Of a stretch of DNA of 64,000 bases, positions 50,795 through 59,862 are shown piece after piece. Position 1 is the stretch's first letter. Every line of letters begins with the position of its first letter. Location: assembly GCA_050173015.1 (NCBI GenBank), contig JBFXLE010000023.1, forward strand, positions 1 to 64,000. The letters are read 5' to 3'. The notes under the pieces were generated by a model, which saw only the letters and a program-made list of their open reading frames with translations, was not told the origin of the DNA and did not search any database. Both the position numbers and the translations under genes were made by a program. The stretch comes from Calditrichaceae bacterium. Its GTDB lineage: Bacteria; Calditrichota; Calditrichia; Calditrichales; JBFXGD01.

Positions 50795-52867
50795 CTATTC
50801 ACAATATAAAACCATCTGCATTCTGTTTTTTAGAGTTGTTCCGGGTTCCACTGATTGTTTTTTAACGATGCCGCTGCCCTGGACCCGAAGCGTTAATTTT
50901 GAAAAATCCACCCTTGCCATTGCTTCCCTCAGTGAAAGGTTCTTCAAATTAGGTACCTTGTCCATGTGGACCTTCGATGGCCCTAACTCAAGAACCAGCT
51001 CGTCATCATCCAGAGACACTTTTTTCACCACCGACCCTTCACCTGTGACTCTATAGGAATGATCCCTGGCATCAAGAAATGAAAATGCCGTGGATGCCCA
51101 AAACCCTTCAATCGGCGGGATTTTCTCATTTTTCTTGACCATTTTTATATCATAATCACCGGATTCTATTTCATCCATGGACGGAGCGCTGTTCAGATTG
51201 ATAATTCTATGTATAATTTCTCTGAATACGGGCGCCGCGGACTGCCCCCCGTAATAGTTGATTTCAGGTTCATCGATGAAAATCGCGCAAACATATTTGG
51301 GCTCATCATACGGAGCAAATCCAACAAATGAAGACATGTACTTTCTTTCAAAATACGTTCCGGTTTTTGGATTAATCTTCTGCGCTGTACCTGTTTTTCC
51401 GCCGACTTCTACTTCAGCCAGATGCGCTTCCTTTCCGGTACCTTCTTTTACCACACCCCGCATAAAAGATTTAAGAATTTCACTGACTTCCGGAGAAACT
51501 ACCTGTCTTACAACTTCGCGCTTATTTACAATTAACTGCTTTCCTTCCGAGGTCTCCATATGGCTCACAATATAAGGCCGCATCAGATACCCGCCGTTAA
51601 CAACGGAAGAATACGCGACAGCAACCTGGATCGCGGTACCGCCTATTTCCTGACCGATTGAGATGGATGCACGGGATAAACCCGACCACTTTTCCGGACT
51701 TTTAAGCAGACCGCTCGCTTCCCCCATAAGATCTGGATTTGTTTTTGAGCCAAAACCAAAGTTTTTTAAATATCTGAACAATGTATTAGACGGCAAATCC
51801 TCACTTAATTTTACCATGCCGATATTCGATGAATATTCTATCACTTTTCTGAAATCCAGCCATCCGTGTTTTTTTGTATCCCTGATTCGGTGATTATATA
51901 TTTTATAACTACCGTTTTCGCAAAAGATTAAATCACTCTCTTTATGAATACGTTCCTGGAGCAAGGCGGCGGCAGTAACAATCTTCATAGTCGAACCCGG
52001 TTCGAACACATCGGTCAGCACCTTGTTCCGTTTCAGATCTGAGTCGTAAAGTTTGTGATTGTTTGGATCAAATGAAGGATAATTGGCCATTGCCAGTATC
52101 TCACCCGTATTCGGTTCCATTATTACAGCCATGCCTGATACGGCTCTCGCGTGTTCAACCCCTTTTTTCAATTCCTGTTCTACAACTGTCTGTATATCTT
52201 TATCGATGGTCAGCACAAGATTATTACCCTGCACCGGACGTTCGAGCGGGTAATCCGCGTTATAAAACACACGGCGCGGACCGTCATACTGCAAAACCGC
52301 TTCGCCCTCTTTCCCTTTTAATTCATTCTCATACTGCAATTCCAGCCCGCTCAGCCCATGATCATCAGGATCAGTAAATCCGATAAGCTGCGCTGCATAT
52401 GATTTATAGGGATAATAACGGCGAAAATTTTCCGTCTTTACCAACCCCTGATCTTTCAGTTTCAATAAATCGCCCACTTTGCTGCCGTTCACTCTTCTCG
52501 CCAGATACACAAAATGAGTATTGCTTTTTAGCTTCTGCATATAATAACGCTCAGATCCGGAAAAGGCCTCCGCACATTCACGGGCAATACGGGCCTTATT
52601 CTGAACCATTTTGGGGTCCGCGGCAATGTCGTAATAAATAACATTGGTTACTATTTTGCTGCCTTTTCTATCGTAAATAGTCCCCCTTTGAGCCGGCAAT
52701 TTGATTTTTTTCTCATACTGGTTTTTTGCCGCCTCAATGAACATCTCCTTTTGAACGATTTGCAACCGGAACAGATTCGCCTCAAGTCCCAACCAGAATA
52801 GTGTCAGGAGAATCACCAGAAGCTTCAATCGCTTACCGCGAAATTTTGAATCCGCCTGATTCGTCAC
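50795..52867 (-). CDS. ftsI: Penicillin-binding protein 3/FtsI with PASTA-like C-terminus
   Basis: EPGSTMK, SSN, KTGTAQ. Confidence 0.92.
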   Translation of the reverse strand: MTNQADSKFRGKRLKLLVILLTLFWLGLEANLFRLQIVQKEMFIEAAKNQYEKKIKLPAQRGTIYDRKGSKIVTNVIYYDIAADPKMVQNKARIARECAEAFSGSERYYMQKLKSNTHFVYLARRVNGSKVGDLLKLKDQGLVKTENFRRYYPYKSYAAQLIGFTDPDDHGLSGLELQYENELKGKEGEAVLQYDGPRRVFYNADYPLERPVQGNNLVLTIDKDIQTVVEQELKKGVEHARAVSGMAVIMEPNTGEILAMANYPSFDPNNHKLYDSDLKRNKVLTDVFEPGSTMKIVTAAALLQERIHKESDLIFCENGSYKIYNHRIRDTKKHGWLDFRKVIEYSSNIGMVKLSEDLPSNTLFRYLKNFGFGSKTNPDLMGEASGLLKSPEKWSGLSRASISIGQEIGGTAIQVAVAYSSVVNGGYLMRPYIVSHMETSEGKQLIVNKREVVRQVVSPEVSEILKSFMRGVVKEGTGKEAHLAEVEVGGKTGTAQKINPKTGTYFERKYMSSFVGFAPYDEPKYVCAIFIDEPEINYYGGQSAAPVFREIIHRIINLNSAPSMDEIESGDYDIKMVKKNEKIPPIEGFWASTAFSFLDARDHSYRVTGEGSVVKKVSLDDDELVLELGPSKVHMDKVPNLKNLSLREAMARVDFSKLTLRVQGSGIVKKQSVEPGTTLKNRMQMVLYCE

Positions 52868-53247
52868 TAATGTACTCCGGCTAATTTATACTCTTCCTGC
52901 TTCTCTGATCGCCGCGCGAATTTTCTCTTTAATGACTCCAGTTTATCAGGATCTTTCAGCTCCAGAACCAGCACATCATCGGTATTACTTACGAGATTAT
53001 ACTTCTCCGACGCTATTTTCCCAATTCTGTCGATATTGCCCAGACGATCCACTTCTGCCTGAAGATGCTCCGTTTCGCTGAGCAGATTTTTTCTTTCGTC
53101 TTCAAGTTTCCGCAAATCCTGCATTAGCAGATCAACCTTAAATGTCTGGTATAATCCCAGGGAAACAACCAAAACCATGAAAAACAACAGAAATAAGCTG
53201 AGGATAGAACTCCCCAGCTTACCTGTAGATTTATTTCTTTTAGTCAT
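52867..53247 (-). CDS. ftsL: Cell division protein FtsL
   Basis: TM + coiled coil between rsmH and ftsI; start MTKRNK. Confidence 0.75.
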   Translation of the reverse strand: MTKRNKSTGKLGSSILSLFLLFFMVLVVSLGLYQTFKVDLLMQDLRKLEDERKNLLSETEHLQAEVDRLGNIDRIGKIASEKYNLVSNTDDVLVLELKDPDKLESLKRKFARRSEKQEEYKLAGVH

Positions 53248-54170
53248 AATTTTTCTCCAATCCTGAGCTTTGCGCTTCTTGCCCTTGGATTTTCTCCCGC
53301 CTCTTTGTCGCCCGGTACAATTAATGCCGGTTTTACTCGTTTCATTTGCGGCTCTTTTCCGCACACACAATATGGAATTTCCGGCGGACAGATGCATGGA
53401 TTTTCCTGTTCCCGTAAAAAGTTCTTTACAATCCGGTCTTCGAGAGAATGATAGGAAATAACCGCAATTCTGCCGCCCTTATTTAAATATTGTAAAGATT
53501 TGTTCAGCGCGTTCTCCAACACAGACAGTTCCTGGTTGACTTCAATCCGCAGCGCCTGAAAAATCCTTGCATGACTTTTAACCTTCATTTTACCCGGTAC
53601 ACATCGATTAATAATATTTATCAACGCGTCGGTATTATTGATCGGCTTTACCTGCCTTTCGCCTACTATCAATCGGGCAATCCTTCTCGAAAATCGCTCC
53701 TCACCGTATTTAAAAAAAATGCGTGACAAATCTTCTTCGCTGTAAGTCGCCAAAATTGTTTCCGCAGTCACAGAATTTTTTATATCCATGCGCATATCCA
53801 GCTTCAGCCCCTTTCGAAATGAAAAGCCCCGCTGATCTTCATCTATCTGATATGAGGAAACTCCCAGATCAAGGAGTATGGCATCAACTTTATCAACACC
53901 GGCGCTATTCAACGCGGAATCAAATTCATCAAATCTGCCATTGTAATAAACAACATTGCTGAATTTTGCCAGTCTTTTCCCCGCAAAATTGATCGCATCC
54001 TGATCCTGATCCACACCAATATAAACCGCGTCATCATTTGTCCGGCTGAGAATCAATTCGGCATGACCGCCTCCGCCCAGAGTTCCGTCGTAATAGATGC
54101 CGCTCTTCTTATGTATCAGCGCTTCACAAATCTCATGCCCCAGCACCGGGACATGATAGATTTCCGACAT
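53244..54170 (-). CDS. rsmH: 16S rRNA m4C1402 methyltransferase
   Basis: HVPVL, DGTLGGGGH, DLGVSS, NPRARSAKLR. Confidence 0.96.
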   Translation of the reverse strand: MSEIYHVPVLGHEICEALIHKKSGIYYDGTLGGGGHAELILSRTNDDAVYIGVDQDQDAINFAGKRLAKFSNVVYYNGRFDEFDSALNSAGVDKVDAILLDLGVSSYQIDEDQRGFSFRKGLKLDMRMDIKNSVTAETILATYSEEDLSRIFFKYGEERFSRRIARLIVGERQVKPINNTDALINIINRCVPGKMKVKSHARIFQALRIEVNQELSVLENALNKSLQYLNKGGRIAVISYHSLEDRIVKNFLREQENPCICPPEIPYCVCGKEPQMKRVKPALIVPGDKEAGENPRARSAKLRIGEKL

Positions 54171-54174
54171 CTGA

Positions 54175-54648
54175 TCACCCTTCATCAAAGAACATATCTT
54201 TAAAACTCATTTTTTCTGCCAGATCGCTTAGGTTCAGATCCTGTTTCTGTAAATATTCATCATAAACCTTCGGATTCCAGATTTCCAGCTTGGTTAATGA
54301 TCCGATAATAAGCAGTTCACCGTCGAGTTTTCCCATTTTTAATATTCTGTCGGACATCATTACCCTTCCCTGGCCGTCCATATTTGCGTAATATGCAACA
54401 CCGACAAACAAACGGATAAAATCGCGCGTATTTTTATCAAGGGGATTAAGTGTGCGTAATTTTTTGGTAAGACGCTGCCATTCATTCAATGGATAAGCGT
54501 ATAAATTGATGCCTTCGAAGCCGCTTGTAAAGACAAGTGTATTGTCCGCTTCAGGCAAAATAATCTTGCGAATACCGGAGGGGATGTTAACGCGATTTTT
54601 GTTGTCCAGAGAACATATATATTCTCCGGCGAAATCCATAATTGCCAT
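54175..54648 (-). CDS. mraZ: Transcriptional regulator MraZ
   Basis: Two DxxxR repeats (LDNKNR, MDGQGR); first gene of dcw. Confidence 0.93.
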   Translation of the reverse strand: MAIMDFAGEYICSLDNKNRVNIPSGIRKIILPEADNTLVFTSGFEGINLYAYPLNEWQRLTKKLRTLNPLDKNTRDFIRLFVGVAYYANMDGQGRVMMSDRILKMGKLDGELLIIGSLTKLEIWNPKVYDEYLQKQDLNLSDLAEKMSFKDMFFDEG

Positions 54649-54667
54649 AACGACATTTCCAGGGATT

Positions 54668-54707
54668 CTTCACCATTTTTAAGGTTTTTAAGGAATATTT
54701 CACCACA
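54668..54707 (-). promoter_or_regulatory. Possible MraZ boxes
   Basis: TGGTGAA (minus strand) occurs twice 30 bp apart just upstream of mraZ, in 10-bp phase. Confidence 0.35.
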
Positions 54708-55086
54708 ATGATAATAGTTTTTATCGCCAAATGCAAGAAGGATTTTAAATATTTTCCTTTTTTAATTGCTTTTTTTTACAAATACTTACAGGGTTTAAAT
54801 ACCCCCGTATGTAAAATTATGTAAAAAAACACTTAATTATGAGATACGAGCCCGGCATTTATCATCATAGAGAAACCATAAATTATTGATAATTTGAGCA
54901 TTATAGAACCAAACCATTACATTCAACCTTTTGTAAAATGAATATAAAAAGATTGTTTTTTTTTGTATTTACTATGCATATATTATGAGCGATCCTCGTA
55001 TATTAACTTGAATTAATCTTGTTTGCGAGCGGTACTTACGGGGTGAATTCTCGCATCGACAGAAATATTGAGAAAGGAATTAAATC

Positions 55087-56376
55087 ATGTCACAAGGGAA
55101 ATCTTTCAACGCGTTTGAAATGGCGCAAGCCCAGTTTGACAAAGTCGCTGATATGCTTGATCTGGATAACGCAACGAGAGAGCTTTTAAGAAATCCGCTT
55201 AGAGAATATCATTTCGGTATTCCTGTTCGCATGGACGACGGCACTGTAAAAGTATTTCGCGGTTTCAGAGTTCAGCATAATGACGCCAGAGGTCCGGCAA
55301 AAGGCGGTATCCGGTTTCATCCTCACGAAACAATCGATACAGTTCGCGCTCTTTCTACCTGGATGACCTGGAAAACAGCCGTAGTTGATCTGCCTCTCGG
55401 CGGCGGCAAGGGCGGCGTAATTTGTGATCCTCACAATCTGAGCGCCAGGGAGCAGGAACTGATTTGCCGCGGATGGATTAGACAAATTTCGAAAAATGTC
55501 GGCCCGCTGTCGGATGTCCCGGCACCGGATGTCATGACGAACGCACAGCACATGCTGTGGATGCTTGATGAATATGAAACCATTCTCGGCGGAAAATATC
55601 CCGGTTTTATTACCGGCAAACCGGTCGGTATGGGCGGATCTCTGGGAAGAACTGAAGCAACAGGATTCGGAGTCATTTATACACTTCGCGAAGCGTTAAA
55701 AGATATGGGAATTAAGCCTTCAGATACAACCGCCAGTATTCAGGGATTCGGCAATGTCGCCCAGTACGCCCTAAAATTGTATCAGGAACTCGGTGGAAAA
55801 GTCATCAGTGTTTCCTGCTGGGATCAAAAAGATCAGGTTTCCTATACTTACCGCAAAATGAGCGGAGTCAGTCTTGATGAGCTGTTAAGCATTACCGACA
55901 GATTTGGCGGGATCGACAAAAAGAAAGCGGCAGACAAAGGGTATGAAGTGCTTGACGGAGCGGCATGGATCGAACAGGATGTGGATATTCTGATCCCCGC
56001 AGCCATTGAAAATCAACTCACAGGCGAAACAATCAAAAAGATAAGCAAAAAGGTTAAAATTGTCGTTGAAGGCGCGAATGGCCCCACGACACCCGAAGCT
56101 GACGCGTTTCTCCAGGAACGCGGCGTTTTTGTAATACCCGATTTTCTGGCCAATGCCGGCGGTGTAACCTGCAGTTATTTTGAACAGGTTCAGAGCAATA
56201 TGAATTATTTCTGGACAAAAGAAGAAGTTCTTGAAAAACTTGATCAGAAGATGACCTCGGCTTTCCGCGCGGTGAGCGACCTGGCAAAAAGTAAGAACAT
56301 TTATATGCGCGACGCGGCTTATGTGATCGCGATCGGCCGTGTGGCACAGGCTTGCAAAGATCGCGGCTGGGTATAA
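55087..56376 (+). CDS. gdhA: Glu/Leu/Phe/Val dehydrogenase (glutamate dehydrogenase)
   Basis: GPAKGGIRF, GGGKGG, DVPAPD, GFGNV, EGANGP, NAGGV. Confidence 0.88.
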   Translation: MSQGKSFNAFEMAQAQFDKVADMLDLDNATRELLRNPLREYHFGIPVRMDDGTVKVFRGFRVQHNDARGPAKGGIRFHPHETIDTVRALSTWMTWKTAVVDLPLGGGKGGVICDPHNLSAREQELICRGWIRQISKNVGPLSDVPAPDVMTNAQHMLWMLDEYETILGGKYPGFITGKPVGMGGSLGRTEATGFGVIYTLREALKDMGIKPSDTTASIQGFGNVAQYALKLYQELGGKVISVSCWDQKDQVSYTYRKMSGVSLDELLSITDRFGGIDKKKAADKGYEVLDGAAWIEQDVDILIPAAIENQLTGETIKKISKKVKIVVEGANGPTTPEADAFLQERGVFVIPDFLANAGGVTCSYFEQVQSNMNYFWTKEEVLEKLDQKMTSAFRAVSDLAKSKNIYMRDAAYVIAIGRVAQACKDRGWV

Positions 56377-56421
56377 TTCTTATCCGGTTGGTATAAAATT
56401 CAGTATATTTTTCATAATCTT

Positions 56422-56453
56422 AAATCCGGTGGTGTTTTACTGCCGGATTTTTT
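56422..56453 (+). terminator. Intrinsic terminator after gdh
   Basis: AAATCCGGTGGT...ACTGCCGGATTT followed by a T run. Confidence 0.6.
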
Positions 56454-56505
56454 GTATTTTTAGAGCGTATAATTAGAAGTACTATTTTTACGGGTAAATC
56501 AGAAC

Positions 56506-59500
56506 ATGCCAAAAAAAACAAAATCATTCGACAAACTAATAGACAGTCTTGAAGAAAGGGTAAAAGAACTCAACTGCATGTTTGAGGTTGAGGAGCTTTT
56601 GAACAGAAATGATTTATCCATTGAGGAAACTTTTGAGAAATTAGTGAATGTCATCCCTTCAGGCTGGCAATACCCCGAAATTTGTAAGATAAAAATCGTT
56701 TACAATGACCTGCAGGTTACTTCTACGGATTTCAGGGAATCACCCTGGAATCTGAACGCTGATATCAATATGCAGGATCGGGTTGTCGGATGGATCCGGG
56801 TTTATTATATAGAAGAAAAACCACAGGTGGATGTCGGTCCGTTCGCGTTTGAGGAAAAAAGGCTTTTAGACTCGATCGCGAAAAGACTCGGCCACCATAT
56901 CATGTATCAAAAACTGAAGCGGGTCTTCAATAAATGGGAGACAGCCAAACAGGATATCTCCGACAGGAAGCCCGGAGAATGGGGTATCGTTCTCGATCTT
57001 CTGCGCCGTACCGATCCCGATTTATTTATACGTATATCAAGAAAAATGCTAAATCATCTTGTCTGGAAAGGAATCCGGGAGGCTGAGGATTTATTACAGC
57101 AATTCAATCCTTATGTCCGTAATGAGCAGATGGAAAAAGTGAGTGATACTAATATGCCTCTCCAGAAAAAGGGCTTTGACAATCCTGTTTCGGTCAATCA
57201 CAAGATCTTTGAAGTCGCGGCTTTGTACCTTGACAATCACGAAATACTGTCACGAATTCAGAAATGGATACAGCAGGATAAAACAAGCTTTCTTGTCAGA
57301 GCTGTATCAAACAACGATACTTCATTAACCGAAATAAGCGAAGCTTTAAGACGATACTATCATATCGCCCCCGAAGGGATGGAATTAGCTCCTTCGGCAA
57401 GAATCGGAGTAAGAGCATCACTGATCAGACGCTTTTTTAGCGAACAGCTTGAGTTTATTACTATCGCGAAAAATTTTGTAATGATCAGAGATTTTCACTC
57501 CATGATTCAGCGTATGGTCTTCCCTACCGGAAGTCACGGGAAACTTGGCGGCAAAAGCGCGGGTGTGTTTCTGGCTTACCGCATTCTCAAAAGCCTGGAA
57601 TCTGAGCACGAAATTTTAAAAAACATAAAAATACCAAAAACCTGGTACATCACTTCGGACGCGCTGATTCATTTTATGCATTATAATAATCTCGAAGAAA
57701 TTCTCGAGCAGAAATATAAAGATCTTGAAGAAGTCAGAAAAGAATATCCGCATGTCGTGCAGCTGTTCAAGAACTCATACTTTCCGCCCGAGATTGTTCA
57801 GGGTCTTTCGATGGCGCTTGATGATTTCGGAAACAAACCCATCGTTGTCCGAAGCTCAAGCCTTCTCGAAGACCGGCTTGGATCCGCGTTTTCAGGGAAA
57901 TATAAGAGCTTGTTCATCGCCAATCAGGGAAGCAAGGAAGAACGTCTCGACGCGCTTATGGACGCGATCGCGGAGGTTTACGCGTCAACTATCGGACCGG
58001 ATCCCATTGAATACAGGGCTGAAAGAGGATTACTTGATTTTCATGAAGAAATGGGAATCATGATTCAGGAAGTGGTCGGACAGCAGGTTGGTCATTATTT
58101 CTTCCCTTCATACGCTGGAGTCGCCTTCAGCAACAACGAATTCCGCTGGTCTCCACGCATAAAACGTGAGGACGGTTTAATCAGATTAGTGCCGGGCCTG
58201 GGAACCCGCGCGGTGGACAGACTAAGTGACGATTACCCCGTTCTGATTGCCCCCGGTCAAGCCGGTTTGCGGGCAAATGTCAGTATTGATGAAACGATTC
58301 GCTATTCCCCGCAAAAAGCGGATGTTTTAAATTTGAAATCAAACAGATTTGAATCGGTTGATCTCAAAGATATTTTCAGGGAATTTGGTAATGAGTACCC
58401 CGCGATCGAAAAGGTCGTTTCGATTTTTGAACACAATCATCTTAAAAAACCACAGGTATTCAGAACCGATTTCACAAAGGAATATCTGATCGTGTCTTTT
58501 GAAGGCCTGATAAGTGATACTCAATTTGTCAAAGAAATTCACACCATACTTAAATCACTTCAGGGAACTCTGGCGACACCTGTCGATATTGAATTCGCTT
58601 CTGACGGAAAAGATTTTTATCTGCTTCAATGCCGTCCGCAAAGTTATTCGAACTACAATGCCCCGTCCGCCATACCAAAAAATATTTCGCATGAACGGAT
58701 TCTCTTTTCCGCTAACCGTTATGTTTCGAACGGAACCGTCCCTGATATCAAATATATTGTGTATGTGATTCCTGAGAGATATAATGAACTCAAGGATCTT
58801 GAAGAATTGAACGCCGTTGGCAGAGCCGTAAGTCAGCTGAACAAAGTACTACCGCGAAGACAGTTTATATTGATGGGACCGGGACGCTGGGGCAGCCGCG
58901 GTGATATAAAATTAGGTGTTAATGTTACTTATTCCGATATAAACAACACCGCCGTGTTAATCGAAATAGCCCGAAAGCAGGGAAATTACGATCCTGATCT
59001 TTCATTCGGAACCCACTTCTTCCAGGATTTGGTAGAAGCGTCCATTCGCTATCTCCCGCTTTATCCGGATGACAAAAAGGTTATTTTTAATGACGAATTT
59101 TTATCAACATCACCCAATGCACTTTACGAAATCCTGCCGGCATATTCATTCCTGGGTGAGACTATCCGGGTTATTGATGTCCCTCAGGTGGCAAACGGTA
59201 TGGTACTCAGGATTCTCATGAACGCCGATTTGGACAAGGCAATCGGTATGCTGTCACCACAGATCACAACTCCGTTATCCCAGGAAGACATCTCTGAATA
59301 TGTCCAATCCGGCATCGATGATCACTGGCGCTGGCGGATGCATATGGCGGAAAAAATCGCGGGACAACTGGATTCCGAACGATTTGGCGTAAGCGGACTG
59401 TATCTTTTAGGAAGCGCCGGGAATACCACGGCGCAGGCCGGCAGTGACATTGACCTGCTTGTTCATTTCAAGGGAAACAAAGCCCAGAAAAGGGATTTTC

Positions 59501-59697
59501 TTAATTGGCTTGAAGGGTGGAGTCTCTGTCTTGACGAACTCAACTTTTTGAGAACCGGCTTCAAAGCAGGAGGCTTGCTTGATATTCACTTCGTAAGTGG
59601 CGCGGAACTGCGAAACACGAAAATCCTTAAAGAGAAATTCAATATCGATGTTGATGGAATGAAGGAACTGATTCTCTCGACAAACCAACAGGATTAA
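56506..59697 (+). CDS. PEP/pyruvate-binding (PPDK_N ATP-grasp) protein with N-terminal sensor-like region and C-terminal nucleotidyltransferase
   Basis: LGGKSAG, VRSSSLLED, FSGKYKS, GLGTRAV, DIEFA, LLQCRP; C-terminal GS-X10-DID. Confidence 0.82.
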   Translation: MPKKTKSFDKLIDSLEERVKELNCMFEVEELLNRNDLSIEETFEKLVNVIPSGWQYPEICKIKIVYNDLQVTSTDFRESPWNLNADINMQDRVVGWIRVYYIEEKPQVDVGPFAFEEKRLLDSIAKRLGHHIMYQKLKRVFNKWETAKQDISDRKPGEWGIVLDLLRRTDPDLFIRISRKMLNHLVWKGIREAEDLLQQFNPYVRNEQMEKVSDTNMPLQKKGFDNPVSVNHKIFEVAALYLDNHEILSRIQKWIQQDKTSFLVRAVSNNDTSLTEISEALRRYYHIAPEGMELAPSARIGVRASLIRRFFSEQLEFITIAKNFVMIRDFHSMIQRMVFPTGSHGKLGGKSAGVFLAYRILKSLESEHEILKNIKIPKTWYITSDALIHFMHYNNLEEILEQKYKDLEEVRKEYPHVVQLFKNSYFPPEIVQGLSMALDDFGNKPIVVRSSSLLEDRLGSAFSGKYKSLFIANQGSKEERLDALMDAIAEVYASTIGPDPIEYRAERGLLDFHEEMGIMIQEVVGQQVGHYFFPSYAGVAFSNNEFRWSPRIKREDGLIRLVPGLGTRAVDRLSDDYPVLIAPGQAGLRANVSIDETIRYSPQKADVLNLKSNRFESVDLKDIFREFGNEYPAIEKVVSIFEHNHLKKPQVFRTDFTKEYLIVSFEGLISDTQFVKEIHTILKSLQGTLATPVDIEFASDGKDFYLLQCRPQSYSNYNAPSAIPKNISHERILFSANRYVSNGTVPDIKYIVYVIPERYNELKDLEELNAVGRAVSQLNKVLPRRQFILMGPGRWGSRGDIKLGVNVTYSDINNTAVLIEIARKQGNYDPDLSFGTHFFQDLVEASIRYLPLYPDDKKVIFNDEFLSTSPNALYEILPAYSFLGETIRVIDVPQVANGMVLRILMNADLDKAIGMLSPQITTPLSQEDISEYVQSGIDDHWRWRMHMAEKIAGQLDSERFGVSGLYLLGSAGNTTAQAGSDIDLLVHFKGNKAQKRDFLNWLEGWSLCLDELNFLRTGFKAGGLLDIHFVSGAELRNTKILKEKFNIDVDGMKELILSTNQQD

Positions 59698-59862
59698 TTA
59701 TTTTAAACCGATTTAACAAAGGACCGGGAAAAATATCGATAACAAATCAAAATATAAATCAGGAAGATCATAATTCATTCTGCGCGGTCTTCCTTCTTTT
59801 CCAGACAATATATTTCATAGGGTAATTCACAAATACAGATTACCTTATCCCAGGAAACAAAC

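Noticed and set aside
6379-59697. HEPN/MNT toxin-antitoxin pairing of the HEPN-like gene with the GSX10DXD domain
   Set aside because: The two lie about 52 kb apart in unrelated contexts, whereas such pairs are normally adjacent
56506-59697. Canonical PEP synthase ppsA
   Set aside because: Lacks a recognisable TxHAA swivel motif and C-terminal PEP-binding barrel, and carries extra domains
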